A stretch of DNA of 32,000 nt from the sequence record CAXNAB020002484.1. One strand, given 5' to 3'. The notes under the pieces were generated by a model that saw only the letters and a program-made list of their open reading frames with translations, searched no databases and was not told the origin of the DNA. Shown here in pieces: positions 1 through 10,168 of the stretch. The translations under genes and the position numbers were made by a program. Position 1 is the first letter of the stretch. Every line of letters starts with the position of its first letter.

Positions 1-499
<499 letters not shown>

Positions 500-575
500 T
501 CAATATGGGTTAAGGAGTAGGTCAAAAAGCCCCTTTGAATTTTATACAATAATACGTATTATTTGATTAATCTCA

Positions 576-652
576 ATAAAGTTTATATATAAATTTTATT
601 AATTAAAATAATTTAATTGTTTTAATTAATAAAATCAATATATAAACTTTAT
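576..652. repeat. 77-nt near-perfect AT-rich palindrome (33-nt arms, 2-nt internal mismatch) in the rbcL/trnC divergent spacer
   Basis: Base-by-base pairing of 576..608 with 620..652. Only 591/637 and 592/636 fail to pair, and pairing continues almost to the centre near 614. Confidence 0.85.
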
Positions 653-707
653 ACCTTAATTTTTTTTATGGTAATATTAAACGTGACCTATTTATTGTTA
701 AGAGAAA

Positions 708-778
708 GGCGATATAGCCAAGTGGTAAGGCCGTGGATTGCAAATCCTCTATCCCCAGTTCGAATCTGGGTGTCGCCT
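708..778 (+). tRNA. trnC: tRNA-Cys (GCA)
   Basis: Cloverleaf read by hand: acceptor GGCGATA/TGTCGCC, anticodon loop with GCA (attGCAaat), T arm CCCAG-TTCGAAT-CTGGG. No encoded CCA. Confidence 0.9.
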
Positions 779-864
779 AATATATATCTGCTATATAAAT
801 AATAAAATACAAATAATATATTAATTAGATTTAAATAACTCTTATGGTATAATAACAGTGATAG

Positions 865-1167
865 GGGAGCGTGGCGGAATGGTAGACGCAACGGACTTAA
901 AATTTTGAGCATTAAATCAAAAATATGATTTAATAAGTAAGTTCTCAAATTCAAGGAACTCTAAGTTATTTATAATACGATAACCCTGAGCCAATAAATA
1001 AGTTTTACGGTGCAGAGACTCGATGGGAACTACCATAATTGGTAAAGAGAGAGTCCAATTTCAAAGACTATTTTATTTTTAAAATTTTATAGTAATGATG
1101 AAAATCAAATAGAAATGAAAATCCGTTGATATTTATAATCGTGAGGGTTCAAGTCCCTCCGCTCCCA
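865..1167 (+). tRNA. trnL: tRNA-Leu (UAA) interrupted by a group I intron (exon 1 865..898, exon 2 1118..1167)
   Basis: Acceptor GGGAGCG/CGCTCCC, D arm GCGG-AATGGTA-GACGC region, T arm GAGGG-TTCAAGT-CCCTC. The anticodon loop CTT|AAAA is split between U34 and A35, the canonical trnL(UAA) intron site. Confidence 0.9.
899..1117 (+). other. Group I intron (trnL-UAA type, 219 nt, no internal ORF)
   Basis: The 5' exon ends in U and the intron ends in G (1117). It contains strings conserved in cyanobacterial/plastid trnL introns: TTGAGC, CTCAAATTCAAGGAAC, CCCTGAGCCAA, GGTGCAGAGACTCGATGGGAAC. Confidence 0.85.
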
Positions 1168-1199
1168 ATTTAAAGAATTAATTTATTTTTTTTTTACAT

Positions 1200-1484
1200 A
1201 TGTGTATTTGTTTAAATTGTGAACGTATGAATAATTGTAAAATTTTTGTTAATATCGAGGAAAAACATAAAGAAAGTTATAAAAAAATTATAAAAAACTA
1301 TTTTTTTCCTCAATCCCCAATTTTATTATGTATAAATTTTTTTTCAAAAAAAAAATTATATTTTTTTGAATGGGATGTTAATGAGTGTTTATCATATCAA
1401 GAAAAGGCAGGTAGCTGGTTATCATTTTATTCTAAATCTTTAAAATTGTCTTCCTATTTAAGTTTTGATCTATTCTTTCATTAA
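1200..1484 (+). CDS. ycf34: Ycf34, small conserved cyanobacterial/plastid protein with N-terminal Cys motif
   Basis: The N-terminus MCICLNCERMNNCKIFVNIEEKH matches the MCIC-x-NC...NC signature I recall for Ycf34. Its size (94 aa) and red-plastid context fit. Confidence 0.75.
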   Translation: MCICLNCERMNNCKIFVNIEEKHKESYKKIIKNYFFPQSPILLCINFFSKKKLYFFEWDVNECLSYQEKAGSWLSFYSKSLKLSSYLSFDLFFH

Positions 1485-1507
1485 TCCCAGATATTATGGT
1501 AACTAAA

Positions 1508-1543
1508 AATTATGAATAAAATTATATAATTTTATTCATAATT
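1508..1543. terminator. Perfect 36-nt palindrome between convergent ycf34 and ilvH; contains the ilvH stop codon and last codons
   Basis: aattatgaataaaattat|ataattttattcataatt is exactly self-complementary. The ilvH stop (1532..1534) and the SNYE codons lie in the right arm. Confidence 0.7.
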
Positions 1544-2182
1544 ACTAAAAGTATCTGAATAATGGTTAGTATGTAATATCGAATCGTCTGATAATAAACT
1601 ATTGCTAAAATGTTTTATATTATTAGATGAAATACCCAATGTTTCTTTTAGACAAGGATGATTATTATCGTATTGTTGTAAAGAAGGTTCATCAATTAAA
1701 GATTCTCGGGTTAAAGCAATTTCACCTGTTTTAATTAATTCTAAGATCTTATATTTTTCTAATACTTTTTGAAGAGCAATAACTTTACCAGAATTTCCTG
1801 TAAATTCTACAATTATAGTAGATTCTGTAATATCTATAATTTTTAATTTAAAAATATCACTAAGATTTAAAATTTCATTTTTTTCTATTATATTAACTTG
1901 AAGTTTTATTAAAACAAGTTCTCTATGTATACTAGGAACACAAGTAATATCTTCAACTGATACAACATTAAGTAATTTTTGTAACTGTTTAGTTAACTGA
2001 TAAGCTTGATCCATTTCTTCATTTGAATTTATTACAACAATGGTTAATCTTTCATAAAATATTCTTTCACATGCTGATATTGTAATACTTTCAATTTCAA
2101 ATTTTCTTCTTGTTAATAAACTAATAATACGTATTAATCCACCTGAATCTTTTTCTATCAGAGCTGATATTGTTCTTTTCAT
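1532..2182 (-). CDS. ilvH: Acetolactate synthase small (regulatory) subunit with an approximately 50-aa non-conserved C-terminal tail
   Basis: The ORF-track protein begins MKRTISALIEKDSGGLIRIISLLTRRKFEIESITIS (ACT-domain start typical of IlvH/IlvN), followed by the ALS small-subunit C-terminal region (...[34 protein letters not shown]). Confidence 0.9.
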   Translation of the reverse strand: MKRTISALIEKDSGGLIRIISLLTRRKFEIESITISACERIFYERLTIVVINSNEEMDQAYQLTKQLQKLLNVVSVEDITCVPSIHRELVLIKLQVNIIEKNEILNLSDIFKLKIIDITESTIIVEFTGNSGKVIALQKVLEKYKILELIKTGEIALTRESLIDEPSLQQYDNNHPCLKETLGISSNNIKHFSNSLLSDDSILHTNHYSDTFSNYE

Positions 2183-2217
2183 AAATATTTAAAATTTTAA
2201 TTATTTAAAATACTATA

Positions 2218-2259
2218 AAAAAGGTTTTTAACAAAGTAGTTTTTGTTGAAAACCTTTTT
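2218..2259 (-). terminator. 18-bp stem-loop (one T-G/A-C position, 6-nt loop) immediately 3' of rpl20, overlapping its stop codon by 2 nt
   Basis: 2218..2235 pairs with 2242..2259 (aaaaaggtttttaacaaa / tttgttgaaaaccttttt). The rpl20 stop is at 2258..2260. Confidence 0.6.
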
Positions 2260-2602
2260 ATTTAGTTATTTCAATTATATTTGAAAAAGCTAATGGATCT
2301 AAAATCGCTAATTGTGACAACATTTTACGATTCAAAAGAATTTTAGACTGCTTTAATTTATAGATAAAACGATTATATTTTATATTATATTGGCGAGTTG
2401 AAGAGTTAATTCTAGTAATCCATAATTTTCGAAATATTCTTTTTTTTTCCTTTCTTCCAATATAGGAATAAACTAAACTTTTTATTACTTGCTGATTTGC
2501 TATTCTGAATAAACTTGATTGAGCACCGTTGAACCCTTTTGCAAGTTTCAAGATTTTATTTCTCCGTTTCCTGGCAACATTTCCTCGTTTAACTCTAACC
2601 AT
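2258..2602 (-). CDS. rpl20: Ribosomal protein L20
   Basis: [24 protein letters not shown]... is the canonical L20 N-terminus. It is adjacent to rpl35 as in bacterial/plastid operons. Confidence 0.95.
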   Translation of the reverse strand: MVRVKRGNVARKRRNKILKLAKGFNGAQSSLFRIANQQVIKSLVYSYIGRKEKKRIFRKLWITRINSSTRQYNIKYNRFIYKLKQSKILLNRKMLSQLAILDPLAFSNIIEITK

Positions 2603-2613
2603 TTTTTTTTACT

Positions 2614-2808
2614 TTAACAAACTAACATTTTTTTTATTGCTTTAGTATCTGATTGATTTACAATAACTCGAGTTGATAAATTTCTTTTTCGTTTCGAACA
2701 TTTCTTTTCTAAAAGATGTCCCTTAAAAGCTTTTTGCCTAACAAATTTTTTTCCTTTAATAAGCTTATAACGTTTTTTTGCAGATTTTCTTACTTTAAGT
2801 TTTGGCAT
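2614..2808 (-). CDS. rpl35: Ribosomal protein L35 (start trimmed to the internal ATG)
   Basis: MPKLKVRKSAKKRYKLIKGKKFVRQKAFKGHLLEKK is the L35 signature. The 34 upstream residues of the track ORF are AT-driven read-through, so the start is set at ATG 2808..2806 (64 aa). Confidence 0.9.
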   Translation of the reverse strand: MPKLKVRKSAKKRYKLIKGKKFVRQKAFKGHLLEKKCSKRKRNLSTRVIVNQSDTKAIKKMLVC

Positions 2809-2933
2809 AACTTTTTTTATTGTATAATGATTTTTATAATACATATTAATAAATTTAGCAATTTCATATAACAATTGAAAATAGTAAATTTTATTGTAAT
2901 AAAAAAACAAAAAAAAAATAAAATATTTAAACT

Positions 2934-3494
2934 TTAAAGATAAATTGTTTCATCGCCTGGTTCCCAATCAACAGGACATGCTTCATCTGGATTTTCTGCC
3001 ACATATTGAACTGCTTCAAGAATTCTTAATGTCTCATCAACGCTACGACCAACAGATAAATTATTAGTTGTTGAATATTGAATTATTCCTTTTTTATCAA
3101 TAATAAATAAACCTCGTAAAGCTACTCCAGAATCATCTAGCACATTATATGAAAGACTAATTTCTTTTTTTAAATCTGAAATTAAGGGATAAGCTAATTC
3201 TCCTAACCCTCCTTCATGACGCTCAATTTGGAGCCAAGCTAAATGGGAGTATTCACTATCGACAGAAACTCCTAAGATTTCTGTATCAAGGTACATAAAC
3301 TCTTCAAACCTATCACTAAAGGAAGTTATTTCTGTTGGACAAACAAAAGTAAAGTTTAACGGGTAAAAAAATAAAACAACATATTTTTTATCTCGATAAT
3401 CTGATAATCTAATTTTTCCAAATTCTTCATCAAAAACTGCAAGCGCTTCAAAATCTGGAGCTACTTTTCCTATTTGTACATTATTATTCTTCAT
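2934..3494 (-). CDS. ycf42: 2-Cys peroxiredoxin (plastid ycf42 type)
   Basis: The peroxidatic motif FTFVCPTEI and the resolving Cys in [11 protein letters not shown] are both present; 186 aa. An AGGAG lies 9 nt upstream of the ATG. Confidence 0.9.
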   Translation of the reverse strand: MKNNNVQIGKVAPDFEALAVFDEEFGKIRLSDYRDKKYVVLFFYPLNFTFVCPTEITSFSDRFEEFMYLDTEILGVSVDSEYSHLAWLQIERHEGGLGELAYPLISDLKKEISLSYNVLDDSGVALRGLFIIDKKGIIQYSTTNNLSVGRSVDETLRILEAVQYVAENPDEACPVDWEPGDETIYL

Positions 3495-3503
3495 AATAAT
3501 AAT

Positions 3504-3508
3504 CTCCT
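3504..3508 (-). promoter_or_regulatory. Shine-Dalgarno AGGAG upstream of the peroxiredoxin gene
   Basis: Plus strand ctcct at 3504..3508 is AGGAG on the minus strand, 9 nt before ATG 3494..3492. Confidence 0.5.
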
Positions 3509-3573
3509 TATTAGTTTTTTCTAATTTTATTTAGAGTTAACATTAATAATTTTTTAAATATCTTAAAAATTAT

Positions 3574-4686
3574 TTAAAAGATAGTATCCCATTCTTTTTG
3601 GGAATTTATAGGCGCTAAAAAATATAAATAAACTAAATTTTTCATTATTATAAAATAATTTAAACAACGCTGCGAAAAGTATATTATATTTTGTAAAATA
3701 TGACCAAAATGTGTTTTTTGTTTATTATTCATCTTTATCAGTGCTAAATTTGCTTCAGCACAATTATCTAAGTAAAGAAAAAAATATGGATGTTTAACAT
3801 TTAAAATAACTGGAAAAAGTCGTCCAGCACTTGTATTTGTTTTTTCAATAACATGACGATCAAATTCTTTAGCATCTAAACCAAGTAATTTATAAAAGTT
3901 ACTTCTTTGTAAGTCATTTAAATACATAGTTGTAAATACAGATAATAAAAAGAATCTGCACCATAATTTAGCAATACTCGTAGTTAATAATTTGGGTTGT
4001 GATTTTAAAATTGCAGCAAAAAAATCAGCATGTCTATTTTCATCTTGACACCAACTTTCAAAAAATCTAAAGATTGGATGTACACGGTATTCTGGATTTT
4101 GCTCTAAATGCTTGTATATTGTGATATATCGCCAATAACCAATTTTTTCTGATAAATAAGTAGCATAAAAAATAAACTTAGGTGAGAAAAATGTATACTT
4201 ACGACTTTTTGTTAAAAAGCCTAAATCTAAAGTAACATTAAAATCACTCATTGATTTATTTAAAAATCCAGCATGTCTTGCTTCATCTCGAGACATAAAT
4301 GCGAAGCCTTCTGCCAATAATGGATTTTTTGTTTTAAGATGTCTTGATAATTCTTTATATAATAAAAAACCAGAGAATTCTGCAGTACATGAACGTTCTA
4401 AAAATTCTACAATAAGAGATTTTGAAGCTTCATCAAATTGTGTTAAAGGCTTATTAAATTGTTGATCTCTTATAAAATGGTGTTGATTGTAATCAACACG
4501 AAACTCTTGAATTGTAGCCTCAATTTCTAATCTATTTGTTGAGATATCTAGCTGTGACATTTCATCAAAATTTGTAGTATAAAATCTTGGAGTTAATAAA
4601 GATTCAGTTGCAGGAGTTTTTGTCTTTAGTAAATTTTTTTGATTTTCTTTATTTAGATTAGGTTTATCTTTAATATAATTTTTCAT
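3574..4686 (-). CDS. acsF: Mg-protoporphyrin IX monomethyl ester oxidative cyclase (aerobic cyclase, AcsF/Ycf59/CHL27)
   Basis: [36 protein letters not shown] and DENRHADFF are the di-iron carboxylate motifs of AcsF; 370 aa. Confidence 0.92.
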   Translation of the reverse strand: MKNYIKDKPNLNKENQKNLLKTKTPATESLLTPRFYTTNFDEMSQLDISTNRLEIEATIQEFRVDYNQHHFIRDQQFNKPLTQFDEASKSLIVEFLERSCTAEFSGFLLYKELSRHLKTKNPLLAEGFAFMSRDEARHAGFLNKSMSDFNVTLDLGFLTKSRKYTFFSPKFIFYATYLSEKIGYWRYITIYKHLEQNPEYRVHPIFRFFESWCQDENRHADFFAAILKSQPKLLTTSIAKLWCRFFLLSVFTTMYLNDLQRSNFYKLLGLDAKEFDRHVIEKTNTSAGRLFPVILNVKHPYFFLYLDNCAEANLALIKMNNKQKTHFGHILQNIIYFSQRCLNYFIIMKNLVYLYFLAPINSQKEWDTIF

Positions 4687-4853
4687 AAAAATTTTTCCTA
4701 TAATAATTTTTATTTTTAAAGGTTAATATTATTTGTTTTTCGGCGTAATTTATATTCTTAGTTTATTTTGTATTAATAATATTTTTGTTTTGTTAATTAT
4801 TTATAATTATAAGTCACTTTTATAAAATAAAACACTTGTTTTTTTTAATTAAT

Positions 4854-4920
4854 TTTTAAAATTTAACTTGAGAGAGGAGAGTAATTTAATTAACTCCCTC
4901 TATCAAGTTAAATTTTAAAA
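4854..4920 (-). terminator. 24-bp stem (1 mismatch, 19-nt loop) covering the atpA stop codon and last codons
   Basis: 4854..4877 pairs with 4897..4920, with the only mismatch at 4872/4902. The atpA stop is 4908..4910, inside the right arm. Confidence 0.7.
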
Positions 4921-6413
4921 GTTTTCTTCACATCACTTATTGCATCTTTTAAAATAGTTTCCGCCTCAGAAGTTAATTGTTTTGAAGAATTTATGATTTC
5001 TAAATACTCTGATTTGGAACTTGTTATATATTCACGTAAACTTTTTATAAAAGATGAAATATCATTAATTTCTAAATCATCTAAAAATCCATTTGTTCCA
5101 ATATAAATTATTGCTACTTGTTCGGCTACAGGAATAGGTGAATTTTGTGCTTGCTTTAAAATTTCTCTTAATCTTTGTCCTCGAGATAATTGAGCTTGTG
5201 TTGCTTTATCTAAATCTGATGCAAACTGTGAAAATGCTTCTAATTCAGCAAATTGTGCCAATTCTAATTTAAGCTTTCCAGCTACTTGTTTCATTGCTTT
5301 AATTTGTGCTGCAGAACCAACACGAGATACTGAAATACCAACGTTTATTGCTGGACGTAATCCTGAATTAAATAAATCCCCAGATAAAAATATTTGCCCA
5401 TCAGTAATAGAAATTACATTAGTAGGAATATATGCAGATACATCACCAGCTTGTGTTTCTATAATTGGTAATGCAGTCATACTTCCATTTCCAAGTACAT
5501 CATTTAATTTTGCAGCTCTTTCTAGTAAGCGTGAATGTAAATAAAAAACATCACCTGGATAAGCTTCTCTTCCAGGAGGTCGACGTAACAATAAAGACAT
5601 TTGACGATATGCTGATGCTTGCTTTGATAAATCATCATAAACTACTAAAGTATGCTTACCTGTGTACATGAAAAATTCAGCTATTGCTGCTCCGGTATAA
5701 GGAGCAATATATTGTAATGTTGCAGGTTGATCTGCATTTGCAGCAACAATCACAGTATAAGATAATGCTTCTTTTTCTTGTAAATTAGTTACAGCTTGAG
5801 CAACCGATGATGCTTTTTGACCAATTGCAACATAAACACAAACAACATTTTCACCTTTTTGATTAATAATTGTATCTAAGGCGATAGACGTTTTCCCCGT
5901 TTGTCGATCCCCAATGATTAATTCACGTTGTCCTCGACCAATAGGAATCATAGCATCAATAGCAGTAATTCCGGTTTGTAAAGGTTCACAAACAGATTTT
6001 CGACTAATAATACCTGGAGCCATAGATTCAATAAGACGCGTTTCTGTCGTTTGTACTTCACCTTTTCCATCAATAGCGCGAGCTAAAGGATCTAAAACAC
6101 GACCTAATAAATTTTCACCTACTGGGATTTGTGCAATTCGTCCTGTTGCTTTTACTGTACTTCCTTCCAAAATTTCTCGTCCATCTCCCATAAGTACAGC
6201 ACCAACATTATCGTTTTCTAAATTTAATGCAATACCAATTGTTCCTTCATCAAATTCAAGTAATTCTCCTGCCATTACTTCATCTAATCCATAAACACGT
6301 GCAATACCATCTCCAACTTGTAATACAGTTCCAATAATATCAATATTTAAATCTGTACTATAATCTTCAATTTGTTTTCTGATAATATTACTTATTTCAT
6401 TTGGATTTGTCAT
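4908..6413 (-). CDS. atpA: ATP synthase CF1 alpha subunit
   Basis: Walker A GDRQTGKT is present, with full-length similarity to AtpA (501 aa). It is the last gene of the atpI-H-G-F-D-A cluster. Confidence 0.97.
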   Translation of the reverse strand: MTNPNEISNIIRKQIEDYSTDLNIDIIGTVLQVGDGIARVYGLDEVMAGELLEFDEGTIGIALNLENDNVGAVLMGDGREILEGSTVKATGRIAQIPVGENLLGRVLDPLARAIDGKGEVQTTETRLIESMAPGIISRKSVCEPLQTGITAIDAMIPIGRGQRELIIGDRQTGKTSIALDTIINQKGENVVCVYVAIGQKASSVAQAVTNLQEKEALSYTVIVAANADQPATLQYIAPYTGAAIAEFFMYTGKHTLVVYDDLSKQASAYRQMSLLLRRPPGREAYPGDVFYLHSRLLERAAKLNDVLGNGSMTALPIIETQAGDVSAYIPTNVISITDGQIFLSGDLFNSGLRPAINVGISVSRVGSAAQIKAMKQVAGKLKLELAQFAELEAFSQFASDLDKATQAQLSRGQRLREILKQAQNSPIPVAEQVAIIYIGTNGFLDDLEINDISSFIKSLREYITSSKSEYLEIINSSKQLTSEAETILKDAISDVKKTFKI

Positions 6414-6491
6414 AAAAATTTAAGTTTTGTTCTTACTTAAATAGAAACTTAAAATTATAGAAAAATAAAAACTAAGATAATACAAATATTA

Positions 6492-7109
6492 TTAATTTAC
6501 TAAACTTGTTTCCAACTGTTTTGCTAAACATTCTAACTCACCACGTAAACTTAAATCAATAATTTTTGAATCAACCTTAATAATAAAACCACCTAAAATT
6601 TCTTTATCTACCCTAAATGTTACGTTAATTTTTGAATAATAAACTTTTGAAGTAGTAAATTCAGGTCCTAATAATATTTTAAGTTTTTCTACTAAGTGTT
6701 CTTTTTGTTCTTTATTCAATGGATAAGCAGAGTAAACTTCTACAAATTTTAAACAAACAAAATCATAAGCTTTATTTAAAAATGTTTGAATAATAGTTTG
6801 AAGAAAACCAATTCTTTTTTTATCTACTAAAAGCATTAAAAAATTTTTTGTTGTATTACTTGTTTTTTTTGTTAAACATTTCTCTAAAACATCTTTTTTA
6901 TCGTTATCTGGAATTAAAGGGTTAGAAAGGTATTTTTCTAATACTGGAGTTAATTTTAATATTGTTAACAAATTTTCCATATCAAAAATAATTTGAAAAA
7001 AAACTTGGGTATCCGTATTCTTTTCCTTTAAATATAAATTTAAGCCTAACTGTAATAAGGCTTCTGAATATGGATTCGCTATTTTAGAACCAAACATTGT
7101 ATTAGCCAT
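6492..7109 (-). CDS. atpD: ATP synthase CF1 delta subunit
   Basis: Sits between atpF and atpA. OSCP/delta-like sequence (ANPYSEALLQL..., C-terminal ILGGFIIKVDSKIIDLSLRGEL). Its ATG is 2 nt after the atpF stop. Confidence 0.88.
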   Translation of the reverse strand: MANTMFGSKIANPYSEALLQLGLNLYLKEKNTDTQVFFQIIFDMENLLTILKLTPVLEKYLSNPLIPDNDKKDVLEKCLTKKTSNTTKNFLMLLVDKKRIGFLQTIIQTFLNKAYDFVCLKFVEVYSAYPLNKEQKEHLVEKLKILLGPEFTTSKVYYSKINVTFRVDKEILGGFIIKVDSKIIDLSLRGELECLAKQLETSLVN

Positions 7110-7111
7110 TC

Positions 7112-7636
7112 TTAATCTCCTATTTGCGTTATTTTACGATCAATAATTGCCGATTGTTCAATCTTTCCTAACTGATTCTTTATTTTACGCGTAACGCGAG
7201 TTAAAGCTTTTTTAGAAACTTCTTTAATTAAGTCATTAAAAATTTTATTTTCTCGATTACGTAAAATTTCTATTGCTACTATAAATTTTTTAGAAAGATC
7301 TTCTTTAGCTTGATTCCATCTAAGTTTTAATACATTTTGTTTTGTAGTTTCCATTTGCTGATTAATCTCTTTTAAAATAATGTCCATCTGAGACCATTGT
7401 TTTTGAGCTTCGATATAACGCTTATTAGAGTCAGCTAATCGAGTTTCAGCATTTTCTATATCTGATATAATCTTTTTTTTACGATTTGTAAGATTTTCAG
7501 TTAAAAAATTTTTTATTACAACAAAAAGTATCCCTAATAATATAATTAAATTTATTATATTTGTTTCAAATATATCAGTATTTATTGAAATTTCAAAATT
7601 CTCATTAGCTATAATGTAATCTATATAACTCTTCAT
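7112..7636 (-). CDS. atpF: ATP synthase CF0 subunit b
   Basis: Single N-terminal TM helix followed by a long charged coiled-coil, in the expected position in the atp cluster. Confidence 0.85.
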   Translation of the reverse strand: MKSYIDYIIANENFEISINTDIFETNIINLIILLGILFVVIKNFLTENLTNRKKKIISDIENAETRLADSNKRYIEAQKQWSQMDIILKEINQQMETTKQNVLKLRWNQAKEDLSKKFIVAIEILRNRENKIFNDLIKEVSKKALTRVTRKIKNQLGKIEQSAIIDRKITQIGD

Positions 7637-7718
7637 TGTAATTAATTATAGATGATATATGTATAAATTTTGCATAAGTTTAATTTTAATATAACTAAAA
7701 GTTTGAAGTACAACAAAG

Positions 7719-8189
7719 TTAAGTAAGAATTTTATTCATAATTTGAATAGTTAAAGAATCAATTTCATTATCAAAACTTCCTAATATTTCATCCTTATTA
7801 ATTTCAAAATTGGCAGTTGTTTCATTTAGAAACTCATCAATAAAGATTTGAGAAGATTTCATTTTTTCTTCTAAAATATCTTTATATAAATTTTGATAAG
7901 TTAATAAATCTAATTTCGCAGCTTTACGAGCTTTAGATGCCTTATTTTCATATTTTACATTTAATTGATTAGCATTTGTTAATACATTTGTAGCTTCATC
8001 TAAACTTTTTTTTATATAAGTATTTCGCTCATCAATAGTATCCAAAAGTGGATTATATAAAATAAAGTTTAAAATAAACATAAAAAATATAAATTGCAGC
8101 CCTATAACTGGTAAAGTTCCATCAAAGTCAAAAAGTCCTCCCGTTTTTTCAGTTACTAGTATGAAAATGGAGTTGTAATTATAAAACAT
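7719..8189 (-). CDS. atpG: ATP synthase CF0 subunit b'
   Basis: GGLFDFDGTLPVIGLQFIFFMFILNFILYNPL is the conserved b' N-terminus. It lies between atpH and atpF. Confidence 0.88.
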   Translation of the reverse strand: MFYNYNSIFILVTEKTGGLFDFDGTLPVIGLQFIFFMFILNFILYNPLLDTIDERNTYIKKSLDEATNVLTNANQLNVKYENKASKARKAAKLDLLTYQNLYKDILEEKMKSSQIFIDEFLNETTANFEINKDEILGSFDNEIDSLTIQIMNKILT

Positions 8190-8241
8190 TTTTAATATTA
8201 TAAATTAAATTTATATTTTCGAAATCTAAACTCTGACTTGC

Positions 8242-8591
<350 letters not shown>

Positions 8592-8616
8592 CTAATAGCT
8601 TTTTATGTTAGTTAAA

Positions 8617-9363
8617 TTAATGCCCTTCAACAGATTCAGCAATGTAAGCTCCAGCTAATGTTGAGAAAATTAAGGCTTGAACTGAACTAGCAAAAACCCC
8701 TAAAAGCATTACAGGTAATGGAATAAATAAAGGAACTAATACAGTTAATACAGAAACAGTTAATTCATCAGCTAAAACGTTTCCAAATAAACGAAAACTT
8801 AGTGACAAAGGTTTTGTAAAGTCTTCTAAAATATTAATTGGTAATAAAATAGGAGTTGGTTCTATATAGCGTTTAAAATAACCAAATCCTTTTGTACTAA
8901 GTCCAGCATAAAAATACATGAATGAAGTTAATAAAGCTAAAGCTACTGTTGTATTTATATCATTGGTTGGGGCTGCAAATTCACCTTCAGGAAGCTTAAT
9001 TAATTTCCATGGAATTATAGCACCTGCCCAATTACAACCAAAAACGAATAAAAATATTGTGCCAATAAATGGTAACCATGGTCGATAAGCACTTTCACCA
9101 AGTTGATTTATAGCTATATCTTTAATAAACTCAACAACTGATTCCATAAAATTCTGCCATCCATTTGGGATTATATTTTTATTTGACGTTCCTAAGAATG
9201 AAAATAAAAATACTAGTAAAATAACAAAAGAACTAACGATTAATACTTGACCATGGAAAGTAATACCATTTAATTCTAAATAAAGATGTTTACCAACTTC
9301 AATATCTGATAAAAAGATTAAGGATTTGAAATTAATAAAATTAGTACTTTGGAAAGTATTCAT
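8617..9363 (-). CDS. atpI: ATP synthase CF0 subunit a
   Basis: Polytopic membrane protein with [15 protein letters not shown] (the conserved Arg motif of subunit a). It is the first gene of the cluster. Confidence 0.95.
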   Translation of the reverse strand: MNTFQSTNFINFKSLIFLSDIEVGKHLYLELNGITFHGQVLIVSSFVILLVFLFSFLGTSNKNIIPNGWQNFMESVVEFIKDIAINQLGESAYRPWLPFIGTIFLFVFGCNWAGAIIPWKLIKLPEGEFAAPTNDINTTVALALLTSFMYFYAGLSTKGFGYFKRYIEPTPILLPINILEDFTKPLSLSFRLFGNVLADELTVSVLTVLVPLFIPLPVMLLGVFASSVQALIFSTLAGAYIAESVEGH

Positions 9364-9511
9364 ATTTAAATTTAATCAAGAAATAAATTATAACACATTA
9401 TGCAATCATAAGCATACAGATGAGTACTATGATAATTAAGTTAAATTATTATAGTTTAAAGTATATAAAAAAAGGAAATTTTAAGTATAAAACTTTTCTA
9501 TTATGTAATCT

Positions 9512-10114
9512 TTAGGAACCTAATATATAACGAGTAAATCTTTTTATTTTTATATTTTCACCAAAAAGAGAAATTTTTTCTTTTATTAATTCTTCTAATG
9601 TAATATTAGGGTCTCTAATAAATGGTTGGTCTATCAAACTTAAACGTTTTAAAGTTTTTTGAACCCTTCCTAAAATAATTTTATCTTTAATATCATTAGA
9701 TTTATTAATTAAATCATTTTTTTTTAATTCAATTTCTTTTTCAGTAAGAAAAATTTCTTCTGGAATATCATCAGTTTTAACATAAAGAACTTCAGGGGAA
9801 GCAGCAATTTGCATTGCAATATTTTTAACTAACTCTTGAAATTCTTCTCGACGTGCAACAAAATCAGTTTCACAATTAACTTCTACTAAAACGCCAATTT
9901 TCCCACCTGTATGAATATAGCTATTTACAAGACCTTCAATTGCTTTTCTATCAACTTTTTTATCAGCAGACGCTAATCCTTTTTGACGTAATGTTTTAAT
10001 GGCTTCATCAAAATTCCCATTTGTTTCTTGTAAAGCTTTTTTACAAGTCATCATACCTGCACCAGTTTTTTCTCGTAACTCTTTAACTAATATTGAACTA
10101 ATTTCTAAAGTCAT
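9512..10114 (-). CDS. tsf: Translation elongation factor Ts
   Basis: N-terminal UBA-like [19 protein letters not shown] plus [12 protein letters not shown] motifs; 200 aa; downstream of rps2 as in bacteria. Confidence 0.92.
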   Translation of the reverse strand: MTLEISSILVKELREKTGAGMMTCKKALQETNGNFDEAIKTLRQKGLASADKKVDRKAIEGLVNSYIHTGGKIGVLVEVNCETDFVARREEFQELVKNIAMQIAASPEVLYVKTDDIPEEIFLTEKEIELKKNDLINKSNDIKDKIILGRVQKTLKRLSLIDQPFIRDPNITLEELIKEKISLFGENIKIKRFTRYILGS

Positions 10115-10168
10115 ACTAATATTTTATCCTTACTTGTAATATTTTAAATTAAAAATTTACTATATCAT

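Noticed and set aside
688-954. 88-aa minus-strand ORF from the track
   Set aside because: It lies antisense across trnC and the 5' exon and intron of trnL. Its sequence is low-complexity and its region is fully explained by the RNA genes.
2809-2910. 34-codon N-terminal extension of the rpl35 track ORF, and similarly 27148..27219 for rpl34
   Set aside because: The extensions are Ile/Tyr/Asn/Lys-rich AT read-through with no similarity to L35 or L34. The conserved proteins begin exactly at the internal ATGs (MPKLK..., MTKRTL...).
4687-4853. Possible sigma70-type promoter for acsF (a TATAAT on the minus strand near 4805)
   Set aside because: TATAAT-like hexamers are ubiquitous at this AT content, and I found no properly spaced TTGACA-like -35 box. 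It cannot be supported without 5' end data.
5465-6294. Plus-strand ORFs 5465..5671 and 5914..6294 (68 and 126 aa) inside atpA
   Set aside because: They are antisense shadows of a strongly conserved gene, with no start context or recognisable motif. The same reasoning applies to 151..357 (in rbcL), 20865..21065 (psaD), 23319..23612 (ycf60), 25807..26076 (ycf46), 26975..27169 (rpl34), 28017..28490, 29115..29354 and 29254..29454 (secA), and 31089..31445 (thiG).
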